Shown in pieces: positions 20,566 through 29,419 of a stretch of DNA of 64,000 nucleotides. Each line of letters opens with the position of its first letter. The first letter of the stretch is position 1. Source of the stretch: Candidatus Calescibacterium sp. (GTDB taxonomy: Bacteria > Calescibacteriota > Calescibacteriia > Calescibacteriales > Calescibacteriaceae); NCBI GenBank assembly GCA_032249135.1, contig JAVVGL010000002.1, forward strand, positions 64,001 through 128,000, read 5' to 3'. The notes under the pieces are model-generated. The model was given only the letters and a program-made list of their open reading frames with translations, searched no databases and had not been told where the DNA came from. A program made the translations under genes and the position numbers.

Positions 20566-22641
20566 ATGAGGAGAGGAACAGATTTAATTGTTGCATTAGC
20601 TATATTTTCTATCTTGCTCATAATTCTTATACCACTACCATCGATCCTTATAGATTTTCTCATAATATTGAGCTTTTCAGCAGCTGTGATGATTTTATTT
20701 ACATCACTTTACATAAGACAACCAATAGAATTTTCAATATACCCTACAATTTTGCTGATAGTAACTCTATATAGGCTATCTTTGAATGTAGCAACAACGA
20801 GGAGAATTTTAGCTCACGGTCACGAGTTCGCAACAGGGGAAATCACAGGGAAAGTATCTTTCATAATAGAATTTTTCGGAAATGTTGTTATGGCTGGGAA
20901 TTTTGTAATTGGACTCATAATTTTCATAGTTTTAACAGTCATAAACCTTATTGTGATAACACGAGGAGCAGGAAGGATAGCTGAGGTTGCAGCAAGATTT
21001 ACTCTTGATTCCCTCCCCGGAAAACAACTATCAATAGATGCAGACCTTAACGCAGGACTTATAACGGTAGAAGAAGCAAAAGAAAGAAGACAAAGGCTCA
21101 CCCGTGAGGCAGATTTCTACGGCGCTATGGACGGAGCATCAAAATTCATAAGAGGAGAAGCAGTAGCTTCAATAATAATATTGTTTGTAAATATAATCGG
21201 AGGAATAATAATAGGAACTTTACAAAAAGGATTATCTATTGGAACAGCACTTTCAACATTTACAAAACTCACAGTCGGTGATGGTCTCGTTGCTCAAATA
21301 CCAGCTCTTATGGTATCAACATCAGCAGGAATAATAATTTCAAGGTCATCAGGTGAGATGGAATTTACACAAGATATAACAAAACAATTCACAGCATATC
21401 CAAAGGCAGTTTTAGCTTCTGCGATAGTAATTGCAATGTTGGGACTTATAGTTATGAACTGGGCAACTCCGATTTTTCTTATGCTCGCAGGCGGGCTTTT
21501 AGCATACGCAATAAGAGCCATAAGAAAAGAAGAAGAGAGCAAAAAATTTGAGACGGTTCTCAAAGAACAAAAGTTAGCACAGGAACTCAAAATGAAACCA
21601 GAGGAAGAAGAAAGACAGCTTGAAACCATTTTACAACCAGATGTACTGGGGCTTGAAGTCGGCTATGCACTCGTCCCTTACGTTGATGAAACACAGAATG
21701 GAGAAGTCGTAAGAAGAATAAAAGGTTTGAGAAGAACTCTCGCAGAAGAAATGGGAATAATTTTGCCCCCAGTTCACATAAGAGATAACCTTTCACTTAA
21801 ACCAAACGAATATGCAATAATTCTAAAAGGAGTTGAAATCATGAGAGGAGAAATAATCCCCGGAAAATATCTCGTTGTTGGAACAGAAAAACCAGATATA
21901 GAAGGAACACCAGCGAGAGACCCGGTATTTGGAGTTGAAACCGTTTGGATAGATGAATCTCAAAAACCCGAAGCTCTTGCAAAAGGATACACCGTTGTTG
22001 ACCCAGCATCAGTAATAATAACTCACTTTTCAGAAATGGTAAGAAGAAACGCTCATGAAATACTCACAAGGCAAGATACTCAAAAACTTCTTGACATAAC
22101 AAAGAAAAATTACCCTAAACTTGTAGAAGATGTAACAAACCTTGTATCGCTTTCTACAATTCACAGAGTTTTACAGAACCTACTCAAAGAAGGAATTCCA
22201 ATAAAAGACCTCATAACAATTCTTGAAGCGATTGGAGATTGGGGTGGAACTGTAAAAGATCCCGACCAGCTTACAGAGTATGTAAGGCAAGCTCTGTGGA
22301 GACAAATTACAAAAATGTATGAAACAAATGGAGAAATAATAGCAATAAGTTTAGATCCACAAACAGAGGAGAAAATATTAGAGGGTATAGAAGAAAAAGA
22401 AGGAGTAATAAAAATAAAAATTCCGCCACAATTTATCCAAAAGCTTATTAATTCAATAAGTGAGAATATCCAAAAATTCGTAAAGTATAAAGCTCAACCC
22501 ATAGTAATTACATCACAGCAAACAAGGAGATTTGTAAAAAGAATGATTGAAAATTATTTCCCTATGGTTCCAGTAATTTCTTATCAGGAAATAGACCCAA
22601 AAATTAAAATAAGAATTCTCGGAATAATAAAATCTGAATAA
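20566..22641 (+). CDS. flhA: Flagellar export protein FlhA
   Basis: RLSLNVATTR, GAGRIAEVAARFTLDSLPGKQLSIDADL, DFYGAMDGASKF, LEVGYALV, HIRDN. Confidence 0.96.
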   Translation: MRRGTDLIVALAIFSILLIILIPLPSILIDFLIILSFSAAVMILFTSLYIRQPIEFSIYPTILLIVTLYRLSLNVATTRRILAHGHEFATGEITGKVSFIIEFFGNVVMAGNFVIGLIIFIVLTVINLIVITRGAGRIAEVAARFTLDSLPGKQLSIDADLNAGLITVEEAKERRQRLTREADFYGAMDGASKFIRGEAVASIIILFVNIIGGIIIGTLQKGLSIGTALSTFTKLTVGDGLVAQIPALMVSTSAGIIISRSSGEMEFTQDITKQFTAYPKAVLASAIVIAMLGLIVMNWATPIFLMLAGGLLAYAIRAIRKEEESKKFETVLKEQKLAQELKMKPEEEERQLETILQPDVLGLEVGYALVPYVDETQNGEVVRRIKGLRRTLAEEMGIILPPVHIRDNLSLKPNEYAIILKGVEIMRGEIIPGKYLVVGTEKPDIEGTPARDPVFGVETVWIDESQKPEALAKGYTVVDPASVIITHFSEMVRRNAHEILTRQDTQKLLDITKKNYPKLVEDVTNLVSLSTIHRVLQNLLKEGIPIKDLITILEAIGDWGGTVKDPDQLTEYVRQALWRQITKMYETNGEIIAISLDPQTEEKILEGIEEKEGVIKIKIPPQFIQKLINSISENIQKFVKYKAQPIVITSQQTRRFVKRMIENYFPMVPVISYQEIDPKIKIRILGIIKSE

Positions 22642-22738
22642 CAAAATAGGGAAAAAGTAAATTTGAGAAAAGAAAATTTAAAAAAGAAGAATTTTTTTGA
22701 TGACAAAGCAAAAGGAATAGAAAGAAAGAGTAAATAAG

Positions 22739-23293
22739 ATGAAAAAGCCGGAAAACATATTTACAGGGGCAAGAATAGTAGGATCTTTTATAATGCCTTT
22801 TCTTCTTGTTGCAGATATTCCGAGATTGATACCATTCATATCCTACATAATATTTGCTCTGACGGATATCGTAGATGGCTTCATTTCAAGAAGGAGAAAA
22901 AATGAAAAAAACAATTCAGATTCCTCGGGCGATATTTTAGACCCAGTTGCAGACAAAATGCTCTTTATTTCTTCGCTCATAACACTGATATATATTCAGA
23001 AAATCCCTTTATTTGTGTCAGTAATAATAACTTTAAGAGAAATTTTCATTTTGGGTTTAAGAGCAATTGCAGAAAGATACAAAATACACATAAAAAGCTC
23101 CCTTCTTGCAAAACTTAAAACATTCACAGGAAATGTTGCAGTATCAGCTTATATACTAAAAGATGAATACTTTGGAATATCGGCTCAAACCGTAGGAGAT
23201 ATTTTTATAATTTTATGCTTTATCTTATCTATAATAAGTGGAGCGGAATACATTACTTTCTTCCAAAAAGAAAAAAGAAAAATCTCAAAATAG
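22739..23293 (+). CDS. pgsA: CDP-alcohol phosphatidyltransferase (PgsA-like)
   Basis: TDIVDGFISR...GDILDPVADK, REIFILGLR, AKLKT. Confidence 0.85.
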   Translation: MKKPENIFTGARIVGSFIMPFLLVADIPRLIPFISYIIFALTDIVDGFISRRRKNEKNNSDSSGDILDPVADKMLFISSLITLIYIQKIPLFVSVIITLREIFILGLRAIAERYKIHIKSSLLAKLKTFTGNVAVSAYILKDEYFGISAQTVGDIFIILCFILSIISGAEYITFFQKEKRKISK

Positions 23294-23313
23294 TTTATCT
23301 TTACACATCAGAA

Positions 23314-23691
23314 TTATATCAGATATAATTTAGTTACTCTTGGGTCAATTATTACATCTTCTTTTTCAAAATCAAGTTTTAATCTCCATGCTTGCATAGT
23401 CTTTGCTCCAATTATCACTTTTTCTGAAAGATTTTCAAGCACCATAAACTCATCTGAAAACCTGTAACCATCAATATAAAATGTGAGTGGTATGCGGCTT
23501 TTGACTTCCATCTTCCTCCCTTTTTCAGCAGTGTATAATTCAAAAGGTTCTAATAAACTCACTATTCCACCTAACTCTTCTGCCAATTCCTTATCAATAC
23601 ACGAATAAGACGCTCCTGAATCAAATAACGCAATCTCCTTTCTTCTACTTTTAGAACCAACCAATTCTATCTCCTTTCGTATAATCGCCAT
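23314..23691 (-). CDS. Retropepsin-like (clan AA) aspartyl protease, copy A
   Basis: ALFDSGASYSCI catalytic motif and psi-loop VIIG; 125 aa. Confidence 0.85.
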   Translation of the reverse strand: MAIIRKEIELVGSKSRRKEIALFDSGASYSCIDKELAEELGGIVSLLEPFELYTAEKGRKMEVKSRIPLTFYIDGYRFSDEFMVLENLSEKVIIGAKTMQAWRLKLDFEKEDVIIDPRVTKLYLI

Positions 23692-23693
23692 AT

Positions 23694-24122
23694 CTATATT
23701 TTAATACTAAAATTGCTAATTACAGAATCTTGAGAAGAAATTAGAATTATCAGCTGAATTTCAGTCACTCTTGGGTCAATTATTATATCTTCTTTTTCAA
23801 AATCAAGTTTTAATCTCCACGCTTGCATAGTCTTTGCTCCAATTATTACTTTCTCCGAAAGATTCTCAATAATCAAAAACTCGTCTGAAAATCGGTAACC
23901 ACTAAGATAAAAATCTAATACCACCCTTTCTTTAACCTCCATATAATTTTTTTCTTGCGCAGTTATTAATCTGATAGGTCGCGTTAGGGGTAAAATAATC
24001 TCCAATTCTTGAGCTATTTCTTTTCTTATGCAGGAATATGTTGCCCCTGAATCAAATAATGCTATCTCCTTTCTTTTGCCTTTAGAACCAACCAACTCTA
24101 TCTCCTTTCTTATGATCGCCAT
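23694..24122 (-). CDS. Retropepsin-like (clan AA) aspartyl protease, copy B with C-terminal extension
   Basis: ALFDSGATYSCI and VIIG. ATG 24122 (MAIIRKEIEL) aligns with the start of copy A. Confidence 0.85.
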   Translation of the reverse strand: MAIIRKEIELVGSKGKRKEIALFDSGATYSCIRKEIAQELEIILPLTRPIRLITAQEKNYMEVKERVVLDFYLSGYRFSDEFLIIENLSEKVIIGAKTMQAWRLKLDFEKEDIIIDPRVTEIQLIILISSQDSVISNFSIKI

Positions 24123-24146
24123 ATTTATAATATAGAGCAAATTTCT

Positions 24147-24284
24147 CTACCAAATAAGTCCTTCTAACTCTTTTATGTCTTTAAGTTCTGCTGGATGTTT
24201 TTCATAATCTGGTGGAGCAAGTTCTTCATGATGAATGTTGTTAGCTATCCATTTGATTTCGTTTTCGTTAAGTAGATCTTTTGA
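24147..24284 (-). pseudogene. Orphan 3' gene fragment (45 codons, no start)
   Basis: Open frame directly after the SpoIID-gene TAA: SKDLLNENEIKWIANNIHHEELAPPDYEKHPAELKDIKELEGLIW-TAG. Protein-like composition; family not recognised. Confidence 0.45.
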
Positions 24285-25256
24285 TTAGTAGATTTTTTTG
24301 AGCTTCAGGAGTGGGAAATAAAAGAGCAAAATTTCCCTCCAAGACTTGCCTTCCTCGGCAAGCTTTTTTGCTCCCCACTGACACATCCCGACGCCGTGCC
24401 CAAATCCTCTCCCAAAAAACAAAATATAATTTTCATCATCAATTTCAAACGAGAAAAAATTACTCGGCAATCCCAAAACCTCTCTTATCTGATTGTATCC
24501 AAGATAAAAACCCGGATTCAAAAAAATCTTTCTGACCCTCCCAGAACTCGTATGCTCATAGGAAAAAGAAAAAAATTTAGATATCCTTTCTGATATTGGG
24601 TCATCTTCCTTCTTTAAAATCTTCTGAATATCGCTAATTTTAAACTTTCTCCTCCAGAAAAAATAAGGTGAATCGTAGCATTTATTGCATTTTACAGATA
24701 TGATGAAATTTTTGATCTCCGGGTCCTGATCGCTATTCCACAACTCATATGCGTTCTCGGTTGAGCCACCACATGTTGAATGAAAAAATCCCGGCGCAAT
24801 ATTACCTGATGGAAAAGTAAGAACCCATCCTCTTGTTTCAAAAACAGCTTTCCTGACTTTTCCAAAAAAATCCCTATATTCGTCCAAAGGAATCCAGACC
24901 TGATCAGACTGACTTGCTAAAAATTCTTTTTTTCCTCTGATGATGTGATATATCGTCCACGACCTCGCAACAACAGCCTGTGCCTTTAAAACCTCCTCTT
25001 CCCATTTGAGCGGTATTTCTCCTGCAACTACTCCTTGAAGGTATTCTTCTAATTCAAGCCTTATTTTTTTGCCTTTATAAACTACCCAAACAGAATAGGA
25101 ATAAGAAGGTATGCAAAAGAAATAAAAAAAGAAAATCAGGAAAGATAGGAAAGAAAAAACGAGTCCATAAGCTCTAAATAAAAAATTTTCTAATTTCTTT
25201 CTAAAAATTTGAAGATTCACTATAATTAAATTATATAAAAAACGGGGAAGAGTCAT
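24285..25256 (-). CDS. SpoIID/LytB-domain peptidoglycan lytic enzyme
   Basis: LEEYLQGVVAGEIP..W..E.LKAQAVVARS, FHSTCGG.TE, GRGFGHGVGMCQWGA; true start may be downstream. Confidence 0.92.
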   Translation of the reverse strand: MTLPRFLYNLIIVNLQIFRKKLENFLFRAYGLVFSFLSFLIFFFYFFCIPSYSYSVWVVYKGKKIRLELEEYLQGVVAGEIPLKWEEEVLKAQAVVARSWTIYHIIRGKKEFLASQSDQVWIPLDEYRDFFGKVRKAVFETRGWVLTFPSGNIAPGFFHSTCGGSTENAYELWNSDQDPEIKNFIISVKCNKCYDSPYFFWRRKFKISDIQKILKKEDDPISERISKFFSFSYEHTSSGRVRKIFLNPGFYLGYNQIREVLGLPSNFFSFEIDDENYILFFGRGFGHGVGMCQWGAKKLAEEGKSWREILLFYFPLLKLKKIY

Positions 25257-25331
25257 GATACGGGGAAATCAACAAAAACAAAATTTGTGCAAATGGAAGA
25301 GATGGATAAAATTGAATAGGAGGAAAAAGAG

Positions 25332-26411
25332 ATGGAAAAATCAGAGGGAGAAATTACAATTTCAGATAATATAAGTGAAATTCTCTCATCTATAACATCT
25401 GCAGAAGAGAGGACAATGATACCGGGAAGGAAATGTCTCATAATAGATGACTCCAAATTTATACGTGAGCAAATAAAAAAAATTCTTTGTGATAACAAAT
25501 TATTTGCCCCAGAAGATATAATAGAAGCCGTAGATGGTCTTGAAGGTTTCAAAAAATATATAGAAAATCTTGAAAACCTTGACCTTGTTTTATGTGATGT
25601 CCAAATGAGGAACTTAGATGGTATAAAATTCGTAGGAATGGTAAAAAACTTTGAAGAAAAAATAAGGAATGAAGGTAAAGCTTACCTATATTTCCTTACA
25701 AGAATAACTCCTATAATTATAATAACTGCCACAGCAACGAAAGATGAAAAATTTAAAGCTTTGCAACTCGGAGCAATAGATTTTATACTCAAACCATCTC
25801 AGGAAATAACTTTTGAAGATTTTGAGAGAGAAATAATAATCCGTTCAAAAAATCATATCTTTCTGAAAAGAAGTCAGGAAATGCTATTTCAGACAAGTCT
25901 GAAACTTCGTCAAGCTTCAATTATAGACCCCCTTACAGGAGTCTTTAACAGAAGATACATGAATGAAATTTTAAATCAGGAAATATCAAGAGTTGAAAGA
26001 AAAGGTGGTATAATATCTGCGATGATAATTGATTTAGATAATTTCAAAAAAATAAACGACACATACGGGCACATCGTAGGAGACAATATTTTAGTGGAGT
26101 TCGCAGAAAGAGTAAAGAAATTGAAGAGAAAATATGACTATGTAGTAAGATACGGAGGAGATGAATTTTTAGTTATTCTTCCTGAAACGAGAATAGATGG
26201 TGTAGAATCACTTTTTGAAAGACTTATAAGAGGATTTGAAAAAGAACCCCCCATGATTGGTAATTCTAAAATAACTTTGAGGTTTTCTGCTGGTGCGTCA
26301 TTTTTCCCATCACCAAAAACCAGAACAGCCGAAGACCTAATAAGGAATGCGGATAACGCTTTATATGAAGCAAAAAAAAGTGGAAAATCGTGCATCAAAT
26401 TTTTTTATTAA
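25332..26411 (+). CDS. Response-regulator diguanylate cyclase (REC-GGDEF)
   Basis: IIDDS..IR, LVLCDVQM, GAIDFILKP; DPLTGVFNRR, RKYD I-site, RYGGDEF; AGGAGG SD. Confidence 0.94.
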   Translation: MEKSEGEITISDNISEILSSITSAEERTMIPGRKCLIIDDSKFIREQIKKILCDNKLFAPEDIIEAVDGLEGFKKYIENLENLDLVLCDVQMRNLDGIKFVGMVKNFEEKIRNEGKAYLYFLTRITPIIIITATATKDEKFKALQLGAIDFILKPSQEITFEDFEREIIIRSKNHIFLKRSQEMLFQTSLKLRQASIIDPLTGVFNRRYMNEILNQEISRVERKGGIISAMIIDLDNFKKINDTYGHIVGDNILVEFAERVKKLKRKYDYVVRYGGDEFLVILPETRIDGVESLFERLIRGFEKEPPMIGNSKITLRFSAGASFFPSPKTRTAEDLIRNADNALYEAKKSGKSCIKFFY

Positions 26412-26424
26412 AATAATAATCATT

Positions 26425-26622
26425 ATGGCAAGATGTTATTTCTGCGGTAAAACCACACAATTTGGGCATAATGTTTCTCATGCGGGAAACAGAACTCCAA
26501 GAAAATTCAAAGCAAATATAAAAAGAGTGAGAGCAATAATACAAGTAAATGGAACAAAAATAAAGAAAAGATTAAATGTCTGCACAACTTGCATAAAAAT
26601 GGGGAAACACCTTGGAATGTAA
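26425..26622 (+). CDS. rpmB: 50S ribosomal protein L28 (Zn-ribbon type)
   Basis: MARCYFCGK...GHNVSHAGNRT.RKFKANI...VCTTCIK; start at ATG 26425. Confidence 0.95.
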   Translation: MARCYFCGKTTQFGHNVSHAGNRTPRKFKANIKRVRAIIQVNGTKIKKRLNVCTTCIKMGKHLGM

Positions 26623-26688
26623 AACAGCCCAAATCAAATCAGACTGCAAACAGAAATAAAATTAAAATAAGTCATTAAATTCTTATAT

Positions 26689-28812
26689 ATGAGGATAAAG
26701 GAAATATGTGATGCTATCACAAGTTACCACCCATCTCCTGACCTTTCGCTTATAAAAAGAGCGTATATTTACGCTTGCTATTATCACAAATCTCAAAAAA
26801 GGCTCTCGGGAGAGCCATATATAGTACATCCTCTCGGCGTTGCCAAAATTCTGACAGAACTTAGAGCAGATGACAAAACAATAGCAGCTGGATTACTACA
26901 TGATATAGCCGAAGATACTCCCAACACAATAGAAGATATAAAGAAGCATTTCGGAGATGAAGTCGCTTTCCTCATAGACGGTGTAACTAAAATTTCAAAA
27001 TTCAAAATAAATTTGAATGCAGATGAAAGACATATAGAGAACCTCAGAAAAATGTTCGTATTTATGGCAAAAGATGTGAGAGTTGTTCTGATAAAGCTCG
27101 CGGATAGACTTGATAACATGCGCTCAATAGAATTTCTCCCGGAAGAAAGCAGGAAAAGAATGGCAGATGAGACACTAAAAATCTTTGCCCCAATAGCCCA
27201 CAGATTAGGTCTATACAATATAAAAACTGAACTTGAAGATAGAGCATTTGAAGTACTATATCCCGAAGCAGCAGAGTACATAAAAAAGAGGTTAAAAAAA
27301 ATAAGGGAAGAAGGAGAAAAAATAATCAAGGAAACTGAGAAAAAAGTTGCAGAAATATTAGAAAAAGAGGGCATAGAAGGGTTCAAAATAGAAAGTAGAA
27401 TAAAGGGAATTTACAGCATATGGGAAAAAACAATAAGGCAGGGAATTGATATTGAAAATATCTACGACATAATAGGTCTGAGAATAATAGTAAAAACAAT
27501 TCCAGACTGTTACAGAGTTTTAGGAGTGCTACATTCGTATTTCAAACCCATCCCAGGTAAATTCAAAGATTACATCGCTATACCAAAGCCGAACGGATAC
27601 AAATCTCTGCATACAAAAGTTATACTACCTGGAGGTAATAAGGTTGAATTTCAGGTAAGAACATATGAGATGCACAAAGAAGCAGAAGAGGGAATTTCAG
27701 CTCATTGGGCATACAAAGAAAAATCCCCTATATCCCAAGCTGGTATGAAGATTTTCTCATGGCTCAGAAATATCCTTGAGCTCTCAAGAGAAACCCCAGA
27801 GTATGAGGTTGAAAAAATCGTTGAAGATATATACCCAGATGAAATATATGTCTTTACTCCGAAAGGAGATGTGAAAGTTTTACCAAGAGGAGCAACCGTT
27901 TTGGATTTTGCCTATTCCATACATTCCGAACTCGGAGCAACTTGTGTGGGAGCAAAAGTGAACGGGAAACTCCAACCAATAGACTATACACTCAAAAGCG
28001 GAGATGTAGTTGAAATACTTACTTCAAAGAATCAGAAACCAAAAAGGTCTTGGCTTAACATCGTTATAACTCAAAGAGCAAAATCAAGAATAAAACAGTT
28101 TATAAATAAAGAAGAAAAACAAATAGCAAGGGAGATAGGAGAAGAAACTCTAAAAAAAGAATTGAGGAGATTAGGAATAAGTTTTTATGATATAATAAAA
28201 ACGGGTCAGCTGCACAAAGTCATAAACTCCCTGAATATAAAAGACCTTGGCGAACTCTTTATACTTTTAGGATCAGGGAAAATAAGTGTAAATTATATAA
28301 TTAAAAACCTAAAAAAATTTCTTAACGGGCAAAAATTAGAAAAAGGAGAGGAAAAAGAAAGCATCTCACAAGAAAAAGAAGAAATAAAAGAACTTCGTGG
28401 GAGTCTCAAAGGAATAAAGACTCGTTTTGCCCTTTGCTGCACACCCGTGTATGGAGACGAAGTTGTAGGATATATAACCCGTGGATATGGCATAGTAATT
28501 CATAGAAAAGATTGTGAAGAACTTTCTCATCTTGACAAGGAAAGGCTCATCAAAATACCGCAAGATGAACTCCCCAACGACCAATATATAAGCAGGATAA
28601 GGTTTTTTGCAGATTCCCAGGAAGTTATATCAGATGTTATAGCAAAAATAAAAAAGGAGGGTTTTGAGGTGAAGGAATTTAGAGCAAAGAGCAACAACGA
28701 AAAATTTGAGTTTGAAATAAGAGTAAAAGTTAAAGATAAATCAGATGTGGAAAAAATTATATCTGAACTTTCATCTATGAAAAACATACAAAATATCGGG
28801 AGAGCAATTTAA
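26689..28812 (+). CDS. relA: Bifunctional (p)ppGpp synthetase/hydrolase (long RSH)
   Basis: QKRLSGEPYIVHP, LLHDIAEDT (intact HD), KDYIAIPKPNGYKSLHT, TGS, ALCCTPV ZFD and ACT domains. Confidence 0.95.
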   Translation: MRIKEICDAITSYHPSPDLSLIKRAYIYACYYHKSQKRLSGEPYIVHPLGVAKILTELRADDKTIAAGLLHDIAEDTPNTIEDIKKHFGDEVAFLIDGVTKISKFKINLNADERHIENLRKMFVFMAKDVRVVLIKLADRLDNMRSIEFLPEESRKRMADETLKIFAPIAHRLGLYNIKTELEDRAFEVLYPEAAEYIKKRLKKIREEGEKIIKETEKKVAEILEKEGIEGFKIESRIKGIYSIWEKTIRQGIDIENIYDIIGLRIIVKTIPDCYRVLGVLHSYFKPIPGKFKDYIAIPKPNGYKSLHTKVILPGGNKVEFQVRTYEMHKEAEEGISAHWAYKEKSPISQAGMKIFSWLRNILELSRETPEYEVEKIVEDIYPDEIYVFTPKGDVKVLPRGATVLDFAYSIHSELGATCVGAKVNGKLQPIDYTLKSGDVVEILTSKNQKPKRSWLNIVITQRAKSRIKQFINKEEKQIAREIGEETLKKELRRLGISFYDIIKTGQLHKVINSLNIKDLGELFILLGSGKISVNYIIKNLKKFLNGQKLEKGEEKESISQEKEEIKELRGSLKGIKTRFALCCTPVYGDEVVGYITRGYGIVIHRKDCEELSHLDKERLIKIPQDELPNDQYISRIRFFADSQEVISDVIAKIKKEGFEVKEFRAKSNNEKFEFEIRVKVKDKSDVEKIISELSSMKNIQNIGRAI

Positions 28813-28831
28813 AATTGGCATTATACAAAAA

Positions 28832-28861
28832 TTGACACTATCCATCAGAAAAAAGTAAAAT
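28832..28861 (+). promoter_or_regulatory. Putative sigma70 promoter, near-leaderless, for the 28871-31519 pair
   Basis: TTGACA (28832-37), 18 nt, TAAAAT (28856-61), 9 nt before ATG 28871. Confidence 0.6.
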
Positions 28862-28870
28862 TTTATAAAT

Positions 28871-29410
28871 ATGATTGAAGTTGCAATGGCAACCAATCTT
28901 ATTTTCCTCATACTTATGATAATTTTCGCTATAAAAATGAGAGCAGATTTTCAGGAACTCAAAAAGCAAATTCTTGAAAAAGATAAAAATAAGGAAGGAA
29001 AAGATGCAGAAAAAATAAGCGATTTGAAAGAAAAAATAGAACAAATAGAAATGAAAACAATCTCTCATGAGGAGAGAATAACATCCCTTGAATTTGATAC
29101 AAAAGAAATAAGAGAGAGAATTGGACAACTCAGTCAAATATCATCAGAAAACAAAGAAAAAATCAACCTACTTGAAAAGGTTTTAGCATCATTAAAAATA
29201 AAACAAAATGAAAACGAAAAAGAAAAGTATGTAGAGAAGGAACACACAGAAAAAAAAGAAAAGGATGCCGAAGCGGACAACATAAAAAAACTTGACATGG
29301 TTTTAAAATATGCTCAGGAAGGAAAAACAGAAGAAGAAATAGCAAAATTCACAGGACTATCTTATGAGGAGGTAAAGCTTATCCTTAAAATGAAAAATAA
29401 AGGAGAGTGA
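28871..29410 (+). CDS. Membrane-anchored coiled-coil protein with C-terminal HTH-like motif (DUF2802/DUF6115-like)
   Basis: N-terminal TM, long heptad region, GKTEEEIAKFTGLSYEEVKLILKM tail. Confidence 0.65.
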   Translation: MIEVAMATNLIFLILMIIFAIKMRADFQELKKQILEKDKNKEGKDAEKISDLKEKIEQIEMKTISHEERITSLEFDTKEIRERIGQLSQISSENKEKINLLEKVLASLKIKQNENEKEKYVEKEHTEKKEKDAEADNIKKLDMVLKYAQEGKTEEEIAKFTGLSYEEVKLILKMKNKGE

Positions 29411-29419
29411 AAGAAAAAG

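Noticed and set aside
23314-24122. Protease pair, or Rpn plus its relic, as template and variable repeats of a diversity-generating retroelement
   Set aside because: Differences are not adenine-specific, include synonymous changes and indels, and no reverse transcriptase is present.
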